Virus record (IMG/VR): IMGVR_UViG_3300034200_001443
Location: 70,381 to 134,380 of that record
Length of the DNA stretch: 64,000 nt
Direction: 5' to 3' (one strand)
DNA from: a virus
In this document: positions 44,059 through 54,082 of the stretch, in pieces
How the letters are laid out: each line of letters begins with the position of its first letter
How positions within the stretch are numbered: the stretch's first letter is position 1
Notes under the pieces: model-generated
Seen by the model: only the letters and a program-made list of their open reading frames with translations
Databases searched by the model: none
Told to the model about the DNA's origin: nothing
Program-made: the position numbers and the translations under genes

Positions 44059-44560
44059 TAAAAGGTCTGCCTGTATAAATATCGTTCTTTTCTGCAATAT
44101 CTAAAGCTTCTTCCCAGCTAGCTCCAGCTTGTAGAGCACCTAACGCCCAGCGTGAGCCACTACCAGCACCATAGAAACCATCATCTCTCATATACACAGT
44201 AAAGGTTTCATCAATCTCGTAAAGAGTTCCTTTATAAGCTATTAAGAATATAAACCCTCCATCTTTATCTTCTTTGTCCCGCTCATAGCCATTTTTCTTT
44301 AAACAGTCTCTAATACTTAAAGCAGCTTTACTAACCATGTACTTGTAATTGTCTTTAATCGTTTGCTTTGGTGGAGCCCATAGATGCTGAACAATGTCAC
44401 AGGCTTGTGGATCCCCAGCACCAGCAATAATCCAATCCCCACGCTCAGTTATCTTTGCTACTTTTTCGTGGTGGTAAGGACGACCATATTCATTTGTAGT
44501 ACGAGAGTCAGCAGCAAGCAAACACCCATTCTCGTTCTGAATCCCGATTATCGTTGTCAT
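44036..44560 (-). CDS. Proteasome beta/HslV-like Ntn peptidase (copy 2)
   Basis: MTTI, AADSRTT, K, GAGSGS and DIYTG. Confidence 0.82.
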   Translation of the reverse strand: MTTIIGIQNENGCLLAADSRTTNEYGRPYHHEKVAKITERGDWIIAGAGDPQACDIVQHLWAPPKQTIKDNYKYMVSKAALSIRDCLKKNGYERDKEDKDGGFIFLIAYKGTLYEIDETFTVYMRDDGFYGAGSGSRWALGALQAGASWEEALDIAEKNDIYTGRPFISLTQAL

Positions 44561-44587
44561 ATGTAAAGTGTATCAACCAAACCCAAA

Positions 44588-44662
44588 ACACACACAAAAC
44601 ACACACAACCCTCCCCGGAAAGTCTTCCCCCTCCACCTATAACGGAAAGGGCGCCCGGAAAA
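44588..44662 (+). repeat. CA/pyrimidine/ACGGAAAGGGCGCCCGGAAAA element, copy 2
   Basis: Exact 21-mer core at 44642-44662. Confidence 0.85.
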
Positions 44663-44757
44663 TCAGGTTTTTAAAGACTACAAAGACAAAATTCTTGCAA
44701 GACTTATCTATTACCTATAGGATAAGATCTACATCTCACCTATAGAAAAAGGGACTT

Positions 44758-44922
44758 ATGGCCACCAAGGTATATACCTACGAAATCAAAATGATTGTCC
44801 AAGTTTTAAGTGAAGAAGATGAACCTGCAGCAAGAGAAAATCTTGATAAAAATGGTGGTTATGTAACCGACAGAGTGGTTAGAATTCTTAATACAACAGA
44901 GCTAAAAGAAGTTGAAGGCTAA
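44758..44922 (+). CDS. Hypothetical protein (54 aa, not in ORF track)
   Basis: MATKVYTYEIKMIVQVL...GGYV; AAGGGA RBS. Confidence 0.6.
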   Translation: MATKVYTYEIKMIVQVLSEEDEPAARENLDKNGGYVTDRVVRILNTTELKEVEG

Positions 44923-44930
44923 ATATATTT

Positions 44931-45003
44931 GCCTTCGTAGCTCAGGGGATAGAGCGAGACTCTTCTAAGGTCTGCGTCGCAGGTTCAATTCCTGCCGGGG
45001 GCA
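44931..45003 (+). tRNA. tRNA-Arg(TCT)
   Basis: Cloverleaf with GCCTTCG/CGGGGGC acceptor, CT-TCT-AA loop and GGTTCAATTCC T-arm. Confidence 0.9.
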
Positions 45004-45007
45004 CTTA

Positions 45008-45081
45008 GCGCTATTAGCTCAGTCGGTTAGAGCCCTGAACTCATAATTCAGTCGTCGCAGGTTCAAGTCCTGCATAGCGCA
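45008..45081 (+). tRNA. tRNA with CAT anticodon (elongator Met or Ile2)
   Basis: GCGCTAT/ATAGCGC acceptor and CTGAA-CTCATAA-TTCAG arm; lacks initiator features. Confidence 0.88.
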
Positions 45082-45110
45082 CTTAAGTTTAAATAAAATA
45101 AATCCTAAAA

Positions 45111-45521
45111 CTAAGATTTTTTAGGAAGGGCACTAACTCCTAATATCTCAGAAGGATCTAGATCTTTTCCAGCTGACCAACGAATATTGTTTCTCATTTC
45201 AAAATGAAGGTGAGGACCAGTGGAGTTTCCAGTGTTACCAGAAGATCCAATTCTTTGACCAGCCTTTAGAACATCGCCAGGCTTGACATCAAGCTTTGAA
45301 AGATGAGCATAGATTACCCAACCGCCAGCAACTTTTTGAACGCATTGAATGCCATAGCTTTTTCCCCAATTGGCATTTTCAACTTTTCCATCTGCCACTG
45401 CAATAATTTCAGTTCCTGTAGGCACAGCAAAGTCTACCCCGGTGTGATAACCCTTGCTCCAATACTTTCCAAGTTTTTTATAGGCAGTAGTTATTTTTCC
45501 ATTTTTAATTGGTAGTCCCAC
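45111..45521 (-). CDS. M23 family peptidase
   Basis: HTGVD, YAHL and GNSTGPHLHFE. Confidence 0.9.
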   Translation of the reverse strand: MGLPIKNGKITTAYKKLGKYWSKGYHTGVDFAVPTGTEIIAVADGKVENANWGKSYGIQCVQKVAGGWVIYAHLSKLDVKPGDVLKAGQRIGSSGNTGNSTGPHLHFEMRNNIRWSAGKDLDPSEILGVSALPKKS

Positions 45522-45689
45522 GATAGCTCCTTGTTAAAAGTTATAAATCCTTATTTTCCATCGTATAGAAACAAATACCTAGTTATTTAACAGTAAGCAC
45601 CTAAATACCCTTTTGTGGTGAGGAGTTTCTCTTTGTAAAACTGTTTAATTATCTACCTAAAGTTCGAGCAAAATCACCTGCTTGAACCT

Positions 45690-46148
45690 ATGTCAAACTT
45701 GTACTCTATGAAGCACAAGGATGAAATCCTTCGTCTAAGCGCTGAAGGCTTCTCCTATAACGAGATATCCAAAGCCCTCAGTTGCTCAAAGGGCACTGTC
45801 TCCTACCACTTAGGAGAGGGTCAAATTGAAAAGACAAATAGCAGACGTAAAAGACATAAAAAAGAAATAGCAGAGTATTTACAAGATTTAAAAGGCAAGA
45901 CCCCTTGTGCCGACTGCGGCTCTACCTATCCATACTGGATTATGGATTTTGACCATGTCCGAGGTAAGAAGCGTTTTAATATATCTCAATACTCTAACAA
46001 GGTGGTAAGTCTAGAGATTGTTAAAGAAGAGATAGCCAAATGCGAGATCGTCTGCTCAAATTGTCATAGACACAGGACTCACGTTCGCTACCTAGACAAC
46101 CTTGAAGATGTACCATTCGTGGGTGGTAAAGACCTACGAAGAGCTTAG
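45690..46148 (+). CDS. HTH-HNH endonuclease-like protein
   Basis: N-terminal HTH; CADC...DFDH...EEIAKC..VCSNCH. Confidence 0.8.
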   Translation: MSNLYSMKHKDEILRLSAEGFSYNEISKALSCSKGTVSYHLGEGQIEKTNSRRKRHKKEIAEYLQDLKGKTPCADCGSTYPYWIMDFDHVRGKKRFNISQYSNKVVSLEIVKEEIAKCEIVCSNCHRHRTHVRYLDNLEDVPFVGGKDLRRA

Positions 46149-46860
46149 AGCTGATAGGTTCTGGAACAAAGTAGTAAAACCTAGCCCTCACCAATGTTGG
46201 CAGTGGCAAGCAGCAAGACAGAGTAGTGGCTATGGAGCTTTTGCATATAATCCAAAACAGATCGTTACAGCCCATAGAGTCTCGTGGGCACTTGCTAACA
46301 ACAATGGAGTTCTGCCAGATTCTAAGTTAGTAGTAATGCACCTTTGCGATAATAAACTCTGCGTTAACCCCTCTCACCTCACCCTTGCAACTGTGGCAGT
46401 AAACAACCTAGATGCCATTAATAAAGGAATAAGACTCTCAATAGAAGAGCATGTTGGCATACCCATCCTCAACGAGCTCTGTCGTCATGGACACCCAAGA
46501 ACCCTAGAAAACACAACCTTTCGAAAAAAGAAAGGATACCCCTATGCCCTCTGCAAACTCTGCTTACGAGAGCGTAGTAAGCAAGCCAAGCGCAATCTCT
46601 CTCTAGAGGAGAAGAGACGGCGTATGAACCTCTGGAGAGCCAGAAAAAAGGCAAAACACACAACCCACTCCCCCCTCTTTTTCCCTCTTCCCATCCCTCT
46701 CTTAACGGAAAGGGCGCCCGGAAAATCAAAGATTGTAAAAGTAGCCAAAGCCAAGAAAAAGGGCAAAAAAAGAAAAAAGGCACACACACCCAAAAAAGCC
46801 CCCCGTCGCCTTCCGCCGCCACCTCCATCACGGAAAGGGCGCCCGGAAAAAGGCACTTGA
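46102..46860 (+). CDS. HNH homing endonuclease (the 3' end runs through repeat elements; start uncertain)
   Basis: RFW.KV...CWQW...GYG...AHRVSW...HLCDN..CVNP.HL...N. Confidence 0.8.
   Translation: MKMYHSWVVKTYEELRADRFWNKVVKPSPHQCWQWQAARQSSGYGAFAYNPKQIVTAHRVSWALANNNGVLPDSKLVVMHLCDNKLCVNPSHLTLATVAVNNLDAINKGIRLSIEEHVGIPILNELCRHGHPRTLENTTFRKKKGYPYALCKLCLRERSKQAKRNLSLEEKRRRMNLWRARKKAKHTTHSPLFFPLPIPLLTERAPGKSKIVKVAKAKKKGKKRKKAHTPKKAPRRLPPPPPSRKGRPEKGT
46655..46850 (+). repeat. Copies 3 and 4 of the CA/pyrimidine/21-mer element
   Basis: Exact cores at 46705-46725 and 46830-46850. Confidence 0.85.
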
Positions 46861-46884
46861 CAGATACAATAGAACCTGTAGACT
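46857..46884 (+). promoter_or_regulatory. Promoter, duplicated at ~47198-47225
   Basis: TTGACA-gatacaatagaacctg-TAGACT, identical in both copies. Confidence 0.8.
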
Positions 46885-46907
46885 AGATCCAACGACGAAA
46901 GGGAAAA

Positions 46908-47201
46908 ATGAATATTACTTTTAAACATCACAACTACCATTCAGATACTGCAACAGTTCACACTCTCTGCGGAGGATATTCAGAAAATCGAGATTTGTTA
47001 ATGCGAAAGATTGCTTCTCGTAGTTTTATGATTTATTTTAGTATGCGTAGATCAACTGCATGGATACCCACTTTTATTAGTAAAGTTGCTAGTAGAGTTT
47101 TATTAGGTAGAAAATGTCTTGATTGTAAAAGACGAGCTATTCTTGGTTTTAGTAAAAAAGGAAACATCTGTTTTTGTTTAGATAATATATCTAATACTTG
47201 A
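46908..47201 (+). CDS. Hypothetical Cys-containing protein
   Basis: GAAAGGG RBS; lies between the duplicated promoters. Confidence 0.55.
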   Translation: MNITFKHHNYHSDTATVHTLCGGYSENRDLLMRKIASRSFMIYFSMRRSTAWIPTFISKVASRVLLGRKCLDCKRRAILGFSKKGNICFCLDNISNT

Positions 47202-47248
47202 CAGATACAATAGAACCTGTAGACTAGATCTAACGACAAAAGGACTAT

Positions 47249-47458
47249 ATGCTCTCAGAACTAATCGCCTATTCTTTTGGCAAAAGAAGAGCTCGCAAGC
47301 AACAAGAGCGAGTTCTAGAGAGTTTATTGTTAGAAGAGGAAGAAGATATGTCATCACAATCAGTACAGAACTGGAGCTCTTTTGACCAAGACACCAGAAC
47401 CTTTGAACAACTCCTCCAAGAAGCAAGGGAACATCGTGCCAACAAAGACAATCAATAG
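47249..47458 (+). CDS. Small protein, paralog of 7034..7234
   Basis: WSSFDQDTRTFEQLL. Confidence 0.65.
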   Translation: MLSELIAYSFGKRRARKQQERVLESLLLEEEEDMSSQSVQNWSSFDQDTRTFEQLLQEAREHRANKDNQ

Positions 47459-47552
47459 GGCAGTCATTTGCCCTAACTGCAGAGCAGATATAGAGGTTAG
47501 GTCCAGCTTTGCCCACTTCACTCTAACTAACCATCTAAAGACATGCAAATAG
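47436..47552 (+). CDS. Small zinc-finger protein (38 aa)
   Basis: CPNC...HLKTC; AAGGGA RBS. Confidence 0.5.
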   Translation: MPTKTINRAVICPNCRADIEVRSSFAHFTLTNHLKTCK

Positions 47553-47645
47553 TTAAAAAGCTGACATGCTGGATTTTTGGTCATTGTTACTATAGCCTTG
47601 AGAACATGTCAGCGTACATCTGCGTTGAATGTGGAAAGGAAATGT

Positions 47646-47861
47646 ATGATCCCAGCATTTAAATTAAGGTCTGCTAATAAGAAGTTTGGCAGATTTTTAG
47701 TAGGGGCAGGTATATGGGATAGCTGGGGCTTCGGTCTTAACTATTCTCACTACTCAAAAGCTTTTACTATTGAATTTATCCATTGGTACGCCTATGTGGA
47801 GTACTGGACCAAACAAGAAACAAAAGACTATAAGAAAAGACAGGAGTATCCAGTTGAGTAA
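47646..47861 (+). CDS. Hypothetical protein
   Basis: Start MIPAF after GAAAGGA. Confidence 0.55.
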   Translation: MIPAFKLRSANKKFGRFLVGAGIWDSWGFGLNYSHYSKAFTIEFIHWYAYVEYWTKQETKDYKKRQEYPVE

Positions 47862-48162
47862 GAATTTGCCAGATTCTCGTTTATTTAACTACAAGTCAAA
47901 CAATGAAAATGCAGAAAAGTATGGAAAGTTTTATTGGGGTGTAATTCTTTCCGATGGAAGATTTCTTTCTTTTTATGCAAATAAAGTCGATGTCAAAGAT
48001 GGAGCTTTGATCGCTACTCGTGAGGTTTTAGGTCCCAATGAAAACGATGGCTTACCTCAAAACCCTCTTATCATTGCTTCAGGTCAATGGAGTGCTTGCT
48101 ATGCAGCAAGTGTAATTACTGGAGACCCAATCTGTGTCGACAGAACTGAGGCTGCTGAATGA
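47854..48162 (+). CDS. Hypothetical protein
   Basis: TTG start after AGGAG; YGKFYW...A.GQW...YAAS..TG. Confidence 0.6.
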   Translation: MSKNLPDSRLFNYKSNNENAEKYGKFYWGVILSDGRFLSFYANKVDVKDGALIATREVLGPNENDGLPQNPLIIASGQWSACYAASVITGDPICVDRTEAAE

Positions 48163-48323
48163 GTAAAGTTATAGATAGAACTCCTCACTACAACATCATT
48201 GACGAGCTTTTTGTCTGCTGTGACGAGCATCAGTTCCGTTACTACTGCAAAGCCCACCAAGAGCGTATGGACTGCCAGTTCTGCGCCTTTGACCCATACG
48301 GTCCTTGCGACTGTCCAGAATAA
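48159..48323 (+). CDS. Cys-rich small protein (54 aa)
   Basis: CCDEH...CKAH...CQFC...CDC; ATGA overlap. Confidence 0.55.
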   Translation: MSKVIDRTPHYNIIDELFVCCDEHQFRYYCKAHQERMDCQFCAFDPYGPCDCPE

Positions 48324-48349
48324 AACAACAGTCCTAAGAAAGGGATATT

Positions 48350-48562
48350 ATGTCAAAAATACTTAATATTGAAGAAATTCTTACTTTATTAGATTCACTT
48401 AGCTTAAAATCAAATTATGAGTTAGCTGCTCTTAAATGTGCAGAGCAAGCAATTCTTTGTCTTGGTACTAGTCCAGAAGTTTCACAAGTTCTTGCAACTT
48501 TATCTAATACCTACGCTACTCTTCTTGTAGCAAAAGCTACTAATGAAGATGTCATTGAATAG
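48350..48562 (+). CDS. Hypothetical protein
   Basis: GAAAGGGA RBS. Confidence 0.55.
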   Translation: MSKILNIEEILTLLDSLSLKSNYELAALKCAEQAILCLGTSPEVSQVLATLSNTYATLLVAKATNEDVIE

Positions 48563-48696
48563 GTTGTACGCTTAAAAAAATAAAAATCGTCCAATATGAA
48601 GCTTATAAAACGCTTGACACACCCCTAAATACAGTACATACTTAAGTCTAAGTCTGTACGATAGAATAGGGAAACTCCCTAAAGAAAGAGGTAAAT

Positions 48697-48909
48697 ATGA
48701 ACCTAGACTGGCAACGCCCGTTTGAAATAGCGTGGCAACTAAGTCTTTTCATGGTTGGTTGGGTACTGGTACTAATTGTTGCCTTCATTGGTTTTACATT
48801 GGTGTGGGCTTTACTAACCGCTTTTGTTAATGTCTTCAAAAAGAAGAAGGTTGATAGGTTAGTGCCAAAAGCTCCTAACTTTAAAATCTTCAAAGGAGAG
48901 AAAAAGTAA
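48697..48909 (+). CDS. Small membrane protein
   Basis: Long TM helix with basic tail. Confidence 0.6.
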   Translation: MNLDWQRPFEIAWQLSLFMVGWVLVLIVAFIGFTLVWALLTAFVNVFKKKKVDRLVPKAPNFKIFKGEKK

Positions 48910-49626
48910 TTGTATCCAGACGATCTCGTATTCAGGTCTGATGTAGTAGTTGACTTAGTAAAGCACAGTGCATCTGATGAAGATGTCGCTTTTGCTGCCA
49001 GAGTCAGCACTTTAGGGGAAAAGGCTCAAGGAGAGTCTGATCCTAATAAAACTGCTGGACTTATCAACTATCTGATGCGAGATCGTCATGGTTCACCTTT
49101 CGAGCACTCTGTTTTTACCTTTTATGTCAAGGCTCCTATCTTTGTTTGGCGAGAGCATATGCGTCATCGTATGGCTTCTTACAATGAGGAATCAGGTCGT
49201 TATAGGGTTCTTCAGCCAGAGTTTTATATCCCAGATAGCAATAGAAAGCTTTTGCAGATTGGAAAGCCAGGGGCTTATACCTTTGAAGAAGGAAGTCCAG
49301 AGCAGATTGCTGTAACTATGGTCAATTACAGGAAAACCTGTAAAGAGGCATACACGGGCTATGAAGAAATGATTAGGCACGGGGTGGCACGAGAAGTTGC
49401 ACGAGGAGTCCTTCCAGTCACTATTTACTCCTCTGCCTATGTCACCATGAACTCTAGAGCTCTTATGAACTTTTTATCTCTTCGTCGTAATGTAGAAGGA
49501 CAAAAATTTCCTTCCTATCCCCAACGCGAAATTGAAATGGTGGCAGAGAAGTACGAAGAGATATTTAAGAAACTTATGCCACTGACTCATAAAGCATTTA
49601 TTGAAAATGGAAGAGTATCTCCATGA
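48910..49626 (+). CDS. thyX: Flavin-dependent thymidylate synthase
   Basis: HGSPFEH, RHRMASYNEESGRY and REVARGVLP. Confidence 0.95.
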   Translation: MYPDDLVFRSDVVVDLVKHSASDEDVAFAARVSTLGEKAQGESDPNKTAGLINYLMRDRHGSPFEHSVFTFYVKAPIFVWREHMRHRMASYNEESGRYRVLQPEFYIPDSNRKLLQIGKPGAYTFEEGSPEQIAVTMVNYRKTCKEAYTGYEEMIRHGVAREVARGVLPVTIYSSAYVTMNSRALMNFLSLRRNVEGQKFPSYPQREIEMVAEKYEEIFKKLMPLTHKAFIENGRVSP

Positions 49627-50282
49627 GTGAAGGCATTGCTTACTGCTATGCACGAGTATCTACTCAGATGCAAGCAGAAGATGGAATGAGTCTTGGTGCT
49701 CAAGAAAAGCAACTAATTGCTGCAGCAGAGCTAGCAGGGTATGAAGCTGTGATTCTTAGAGAAGAAGGTCGTTCTGGTAAAAGTATTAGTGGTCGTCCTG
49801 TCCTACGACAAGCTTTAGAAGATTTAGATACAGGAAAAGCTAGAGCACTTTTTGTTACACGACTTGATCGTCTTGCTCGTTCTACCCGTGACTTTTTAAG
49901 CATTGTTGATCGTTCACATAAATATGAATGGCGTTTAGCACTGCTTGATCTTGGGTTAGATACTGGAACATATCAAGGTAGATTTGTTGTAACAATTATG
50001 TCTGCTATGGCAGAAATGGAGCGTGGAATGATTTCTATGCGCCAGAAGGATGTTCATAAAGACAGACGAGACAATGGAAAGGTTTGGGGAGTAGATCTTG
50101 GACCACTTCCTTTAGTTAAAGAAGACATTAGAGATCGAATAGTTTTAGAACGAGAAGCAGGTTTAAGCTTTCAAGACATTGCTAATAAGCTTAATTCTGA
50201 GTTAGTTCCAACTGCAAGTGGTAAAAATACTTGGTACAAATCAACTGTACGACATTTATACTTAAGGAATATAAACAAATAG
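49623..50282 (+). CDS. Serine recombinase (resolvase/invertase family)
   Basis: YARVST, SGK...RP, RLDRLARS and AEMER. Confidence 0.9.
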   Translation: MSEGIAYCYARVSTQMQAEDGMSLGAQEKQLIAAAELAGYEAVILREEGRSGKSISGRPVLRQALEDLDTGKARALFVTRLDRLARSTRDFLSIVDRSHKYEWRLALLDLGLDTGTYQGRFVVTIMSAMAEMERGMISMRQKDVHKDRRDNGKVWGVDLGPLPLVKEDIRDRIVLEREAGLSFQDIANKLNSELVPTASGKNTWYKSTVRHLYLRNINK

Positions 50283-50344
50283 CGTAAAATAATAAAGCAG
50301 ATTAAATTTAATTTGCTTTAACTCCTTGGACACGGGAGATTGCT

Positions 50345-53300
50345 TTGAGCAGCGCTATTCGCAAATATAAGCTGAAACTGTCAGCTAGATTTTTGGCGTA
50401 CGCACTTACTGTCCCAATCATTGGTTTTATTTATGGGATAATTATTCCATCACAAGCTTCCGCAAATGAGGCTCTGCCTCAGAATCAGGGGGACACTGGA
50501 ACAACTAACGAAACAACATCCAGTGCGTCGTCGGGAGGTGATCCACAAGCTTCTTCTAGTAGCTCAGCGCAAGAGCAAATTACTGAGGCAGCAACCGTTG
50601 TAGCAACAGCGGAATCTACAGTTACATCGTTAGAAACAAAAATCACTCAAATTGCGGAGGTAGCATCATCAATATCTCAACCATCAACAGTAGTTACTGG
50701 ATCAGTACAAAACGCACAAACTGAAATAACAGAAGCAAGCACTTCAACTCAACAAGCAAGTACAGCAGTAGAAACAGCTCAGACAGCTGTAACAGCAGCT
50801 GAAACTGCCAATCAAACTTTAACTGAAGCGACAGCCACAGTTGTATCTCAGACAGCAATAGTGGCACAAGCAACTACTAATGCCTCTTCAGCTGCGGCAG
50901 CAGAGACTACTGCAATAACAACTTTCTATCAAGAGAATTCAAATCTAGGGACTTTAACTTCTAATCTATCTACTGCTCAAACCACAGCAACAAATGCAGC
51001 AGCAGATGCAGCAGCGGCTAACACAACTACAACAGTTACAGAGACTTTTGCTAACAACACGACAAGCGCTGTAACAATTACAACTGGCACAACCACTGTA
51101 ACCTCTTCTACAGGATCTACAGGAGTTTCAATTGGTGGAAACTGGAACACTCCTCAAACCTCAGGTGCTGGTCTTACAATCATTAGTCCAGCTAATGACA
51201 TCGTTATTGATGTTAACCCAACAAATAATGGCACAGTTACACAAGTTGTAATGGGTGTATATGCTAAAAATGGCGATACACCAATTATCGTAACAAACAC
51301 AGATGGAACCACAACCACAACGGTTATGGATAACAACGTCTCTCCTCAGCAACAGTCAGTTTCATATACATCCACTGAGACTGTAACTGGAACAAATATT
51401 GATACTGTAACTATTGTAAAAGATGCTGACTACTACGTTGTTGATAATATTGTCATAACTAAGACATCTTCAGATCCTGCTTTAGTAGCAGCAGCTGAGG
51501 CAGCAACTGCAGCTCTTGCTGCAGCACAGGCGGCTCACGACGCACAACTAGCAGTTCGTGATGCATCCCATGCAGCGTGGGGCGTAGCGCACGTTGCTGC
51601 TAATGCTGCTCAGGCGACTCTTTCTACAGAACAAACAGCTCTTGCAACTCTACAAACAACACAAACTACTGCTCAAACAGCTGCAGCAACAGCCGAGACA
51701 GTAGCTACAACTGCTATTACAACTGCCGTTGCATTAGTGGAGCCAGCAGTCACTGCTGTAGCAGAAGCAGTAGTTGCAGTTGCAGTAGCTCAGGTAGTTG
51801 TTTCAGAAGCAGCAGTCGAAACTGTATCTAACACATTACAGACAGTAGTTACTTCATCAGATGCTCTTCCATTACAGAAACCAGAAATAATTGCAGTAGT
51901 AGATGCTGCAGTCGATGCAGTAGTTGAGGCGCAAGAGGCAGTCGAGGCAGCCCAGACTGCTATGGAAACAGCCACAACTCTAGCTCAAACAGCTCCTACA
52001 GTGGAAGCAGCAACAGAAGTAGTTGCAGATAAAACAGAAGTTTTACAAGAAGCACAAGAAGCAGTAGATGCTCAAGAAGTTGTTGTTGCTCAAGCAGTAT
52101 CAGTAGAGGCCTCTGCTCAAGCAGTAGTAGATGCTGCCACAACTTCAGGACTAAAGGTTGAGGTTTACAACACTCAAGGGCAAAATGCTTCCCCAACTCT
52201 TCCTGCAAATGCAGTTCCTATTCACACTACTACAGATACAGATGGAATTAATGAGCAGTGGGGTAGTGGACCAATTGCTGGCTCTAATAGATCAGAAGAT
52301 GTAATTGTTAAATACACAGGTAATTGGACTCCTCAAACTAGCGGAACTCAATACCTACACGCATCAGCAGACGATGGAACAAAACTTTATTTAGATGGAG
52401 AGCTTGTTCTAAACGACTGGTATGACAAAGGTGGAGGCGGATCTACAGCAGACGTAGAGACCACAGCTGGAGTAGGTAAGGTTTTCGAGTTTTGGTATTA
52501 CGAAAATGGTGGTGGCGCTGCGGTAGTTTTAATGCGCTATACAGATAGCGGCTGGGAAGTAATTCCTGGCTCTGAATTTAGTCAATCATCAGCTACCTCT
52601 GAACAACTACAAACACTAGCAACTGCCGAAGCAACTGTTGAGGCAGAGCAAGATGAACTTGAGTTTTTAGAAGCAGAAGAAGATGCTGCTGCTGATAATT
52701 TAGCCGATGCCCAAGCAGATTTACAAGATGCTGAAAATGCTGTAGAGGCAATGGAAACAGCAGTAGTTCTTGCCCAAATAGCAATTACAGAGACAGTTGA
52801 AGCAATAGCAGCTGTACAGACTGCACAAACAGTTGTAGCGCAAGAGGTTATTCTTCAAAGCCCAATCGGGGCACCAAGTAATATTGTTGTTACGCAGTTA
52901 GAGAATGGTGATATTCAAGTTTCTTGGGATCCACCAACAGGCGTAGTTTCGCCAGAACGTTATGCAATCTCTTGGTCAGTTGGGGATAGTGGTTGGGGAG
53001 TAGCTACTGGCAATGCAGGAGATTCCAATGCTCTTAATACAAGTATTGTTCTTTCAGCATCTTTGTTTGAAAGCACTGGTGGATTAGACACTACTTACCA
53101 AATTAGTGTTCGTTCAGATAATGATTCACTTGCTAAATATTCAGATGTAGTTGCTACTCAACTATTTATTTCTGATCCCACCCCGGCTCCAGAACCTCAA
53201 CCTGAGCCTCAGCCTGAACCAAATCCGACTCCTCAACCAGATCCAACTCCGACTCCTCCAACACCTGAGCCAACTCCCGAACCGCAGCCAGAACCAACCC

Positions 53301-54082
53301 CAGAGCCACAGCCAGAACCCCAGCCAGAGCCAACACCCGAACCTTCACCTGAACCTACTCCAGAACCCGAACCACAACCCGAACCAGAACCAACCCCAGA
53401 GCCAGAACCAGAACCACAGCCAGAACCTGAGCCAGAAGTAGAACCAGAGCCAGAACCAGAGCCAGAGGTAGAGCCTGAACCCGAAGTCGAGCCAGAGCCT
53501 GAAGTCGAGCCAGAACCTGAACCTGAAGTTTCCGAAGAAGAGTCATCTGACAATGATACTCCAGAAGAAGCAGTTGACTCTGCAGTTGAAGATGCTCAAG
53601 CAGACGGTGTCATAACTGAAGAAGAGAAAGAAGTCATTGCTACGGCACTTATTGAAGCAGCTGTAGATGGCGTTGTTTCTAGTGAAGCAATGGAAGAAGC
53701 TGGTCTTACATACGAAGATTTACCTCCAGAGACCCCAGTAGATGTGCGTACAGATGAAAGTGGCAATCCTGTAGTTATAACTGCGGAAGTTGCAGCAGCG
53801 CTAGAATTGTTCTCTGACCCAACTGAATTAGTCTCTGCGATATTTTCAGATCCGGGAGAAGCTCTACTAGCTCTTGCAAGCCTTGGAGCTGATATGAGTG
53901 AAGAAGAACGTGAAGAAGCAGAGAAGATGGTTCTTACAGTTGTTGTGGTTGGACAGGCAGTTCAAACTGCTTTAGGAGCTGCAACAGCTGCCGCTCAAAC
54001 AGCCGCTTCAGTATCAACTGGATCTACATCATCTAGAGGTCCTAGAAGAGCTAGAGCAGTAAGAAGGAGGAGTAAAGAATGA
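50345..54082 (+). CDS. Large exported protein: Ala/Thr coiled coil, PA14 domain, FN3-like domain, Pro-Glu repeat
   Basis: Signal/TM; [18 protein letters not shown]...YYENGGGA (PA14); P.N....VSW.PP...Y (FN3). Confidence 0.75.
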   Translation: MSSAIRKYKLKLSARFLAYALTVPIIGFIYGIIIPSQASANEALPQNQGDTGTTNETTSSASSGGDPQASSSSSAQEQITEAATVVATAESTVTSLETKITQIAEVASSISQPSTVVTGSVQNAQTEITEASTSTQQASTAVETAQTAVTAAETANQTLTEATATVVSQTAIVAQATTNASSAAAAETTAITTFYQENSNLGTLTSNLSTAQTTATNAAADAAAANTTTTVTETFANNTTSAVTITTGTTTVTSSTGSTGVSIGGNWNTPQTSGAGLTIISPANDIVIDVNPTNNGTVTQVVMGVYAKNGDTPIIVTNTDGTTTTTVMDNNVSPQQQSVSYTSTETVTGTNIDTVTIVKDADYYVVDNIVITKTSSDPALVAAAEAATAALAAAQAAHDAQLAVRDASHAAWGVAHVAANAAQATLSTEQTALATLQTTQTTAQTAAATAETVATTAITTAVALVEPAVTAVAEAVVAVAVAQVVVSEAAVETVSNTLQTVVTSSDALPLQKPEIIAVVDAAVDAVVEAQEAVEAAQTAMETATTLAQTAPTVEAATEVVADKTEVLQEAQEAVDAQEVVVAQAVSVEASAQAVVDAATTSGLKVEVYNTQGQNASPTLPANAVPIHTTTDTDGINEQWGSGPIAGSNRSEDVIVKYTGNWTPQTSGTQYLHASADDGTKLYLDGELVLNDWYDKGGGGSTADVETTAGVGKVFEFWYYENGGGAAVVLMRYTDSGWEVIPGSEFSQSSATSEQLQTLATAEATVEAEQDELEFLEAEEDAAADNLADAQADLQDAENAVEAMETAVVLAQIAITETVEAIAAVQTAQTVVAQEVILQSPIGAPSNIVVTQLENGDIQVSWDPPTGVVSPERYAISWSVGDSGWGVATGNAGDSNALNTSIVLSASLFESTGGLDTTYQISVRSDNDSLAKYSDVVATQLFISDPTPAPEPQPEPQPEPNPTPQPDPTPTPPTPEPTPEPQPEPTPEPQPEPQPEPTPEPSPEPTPEPEPQPEPEPTPEPEPEPQPEPEPEVEPEPEPEPEVEPEPEVEPEPEVEPEPEPEVSEEESSDNDTPEEAVDSAVEDAQADGVITEEEKEVIATALIEAAVDGVVSSEAMEEAGLTYEDLPPETPVDVRTDESGNPVVITAEVAAALELFSDPTELVSAIFSDPGEALLALASLGADMSEEEREEAEKMVLTVVVVGQAVQTALGAATAAAQTAASVSTGSTSSRGPRRARAVRRRSKE
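53180..53530 (+). repeat. Pro-Glu/Gln/Thr coding repeat
   Basis: (PE/PQ/PT)n linker. Confidence 0.85.

Noticed and set aside
46650-46860. Pro/Lys-rich C-terminal domain of the HNH protein as a functional domain
   Set aside because: It is the translation of two copies of a repeat element that is intergenic elsewhere, so it is probably read-through.
53151-53553. Ser-Gly repeat and other alternative-frame ORFs
   Set aside because: They are shadows of the Pro-Glu repeat in 50345..54082.
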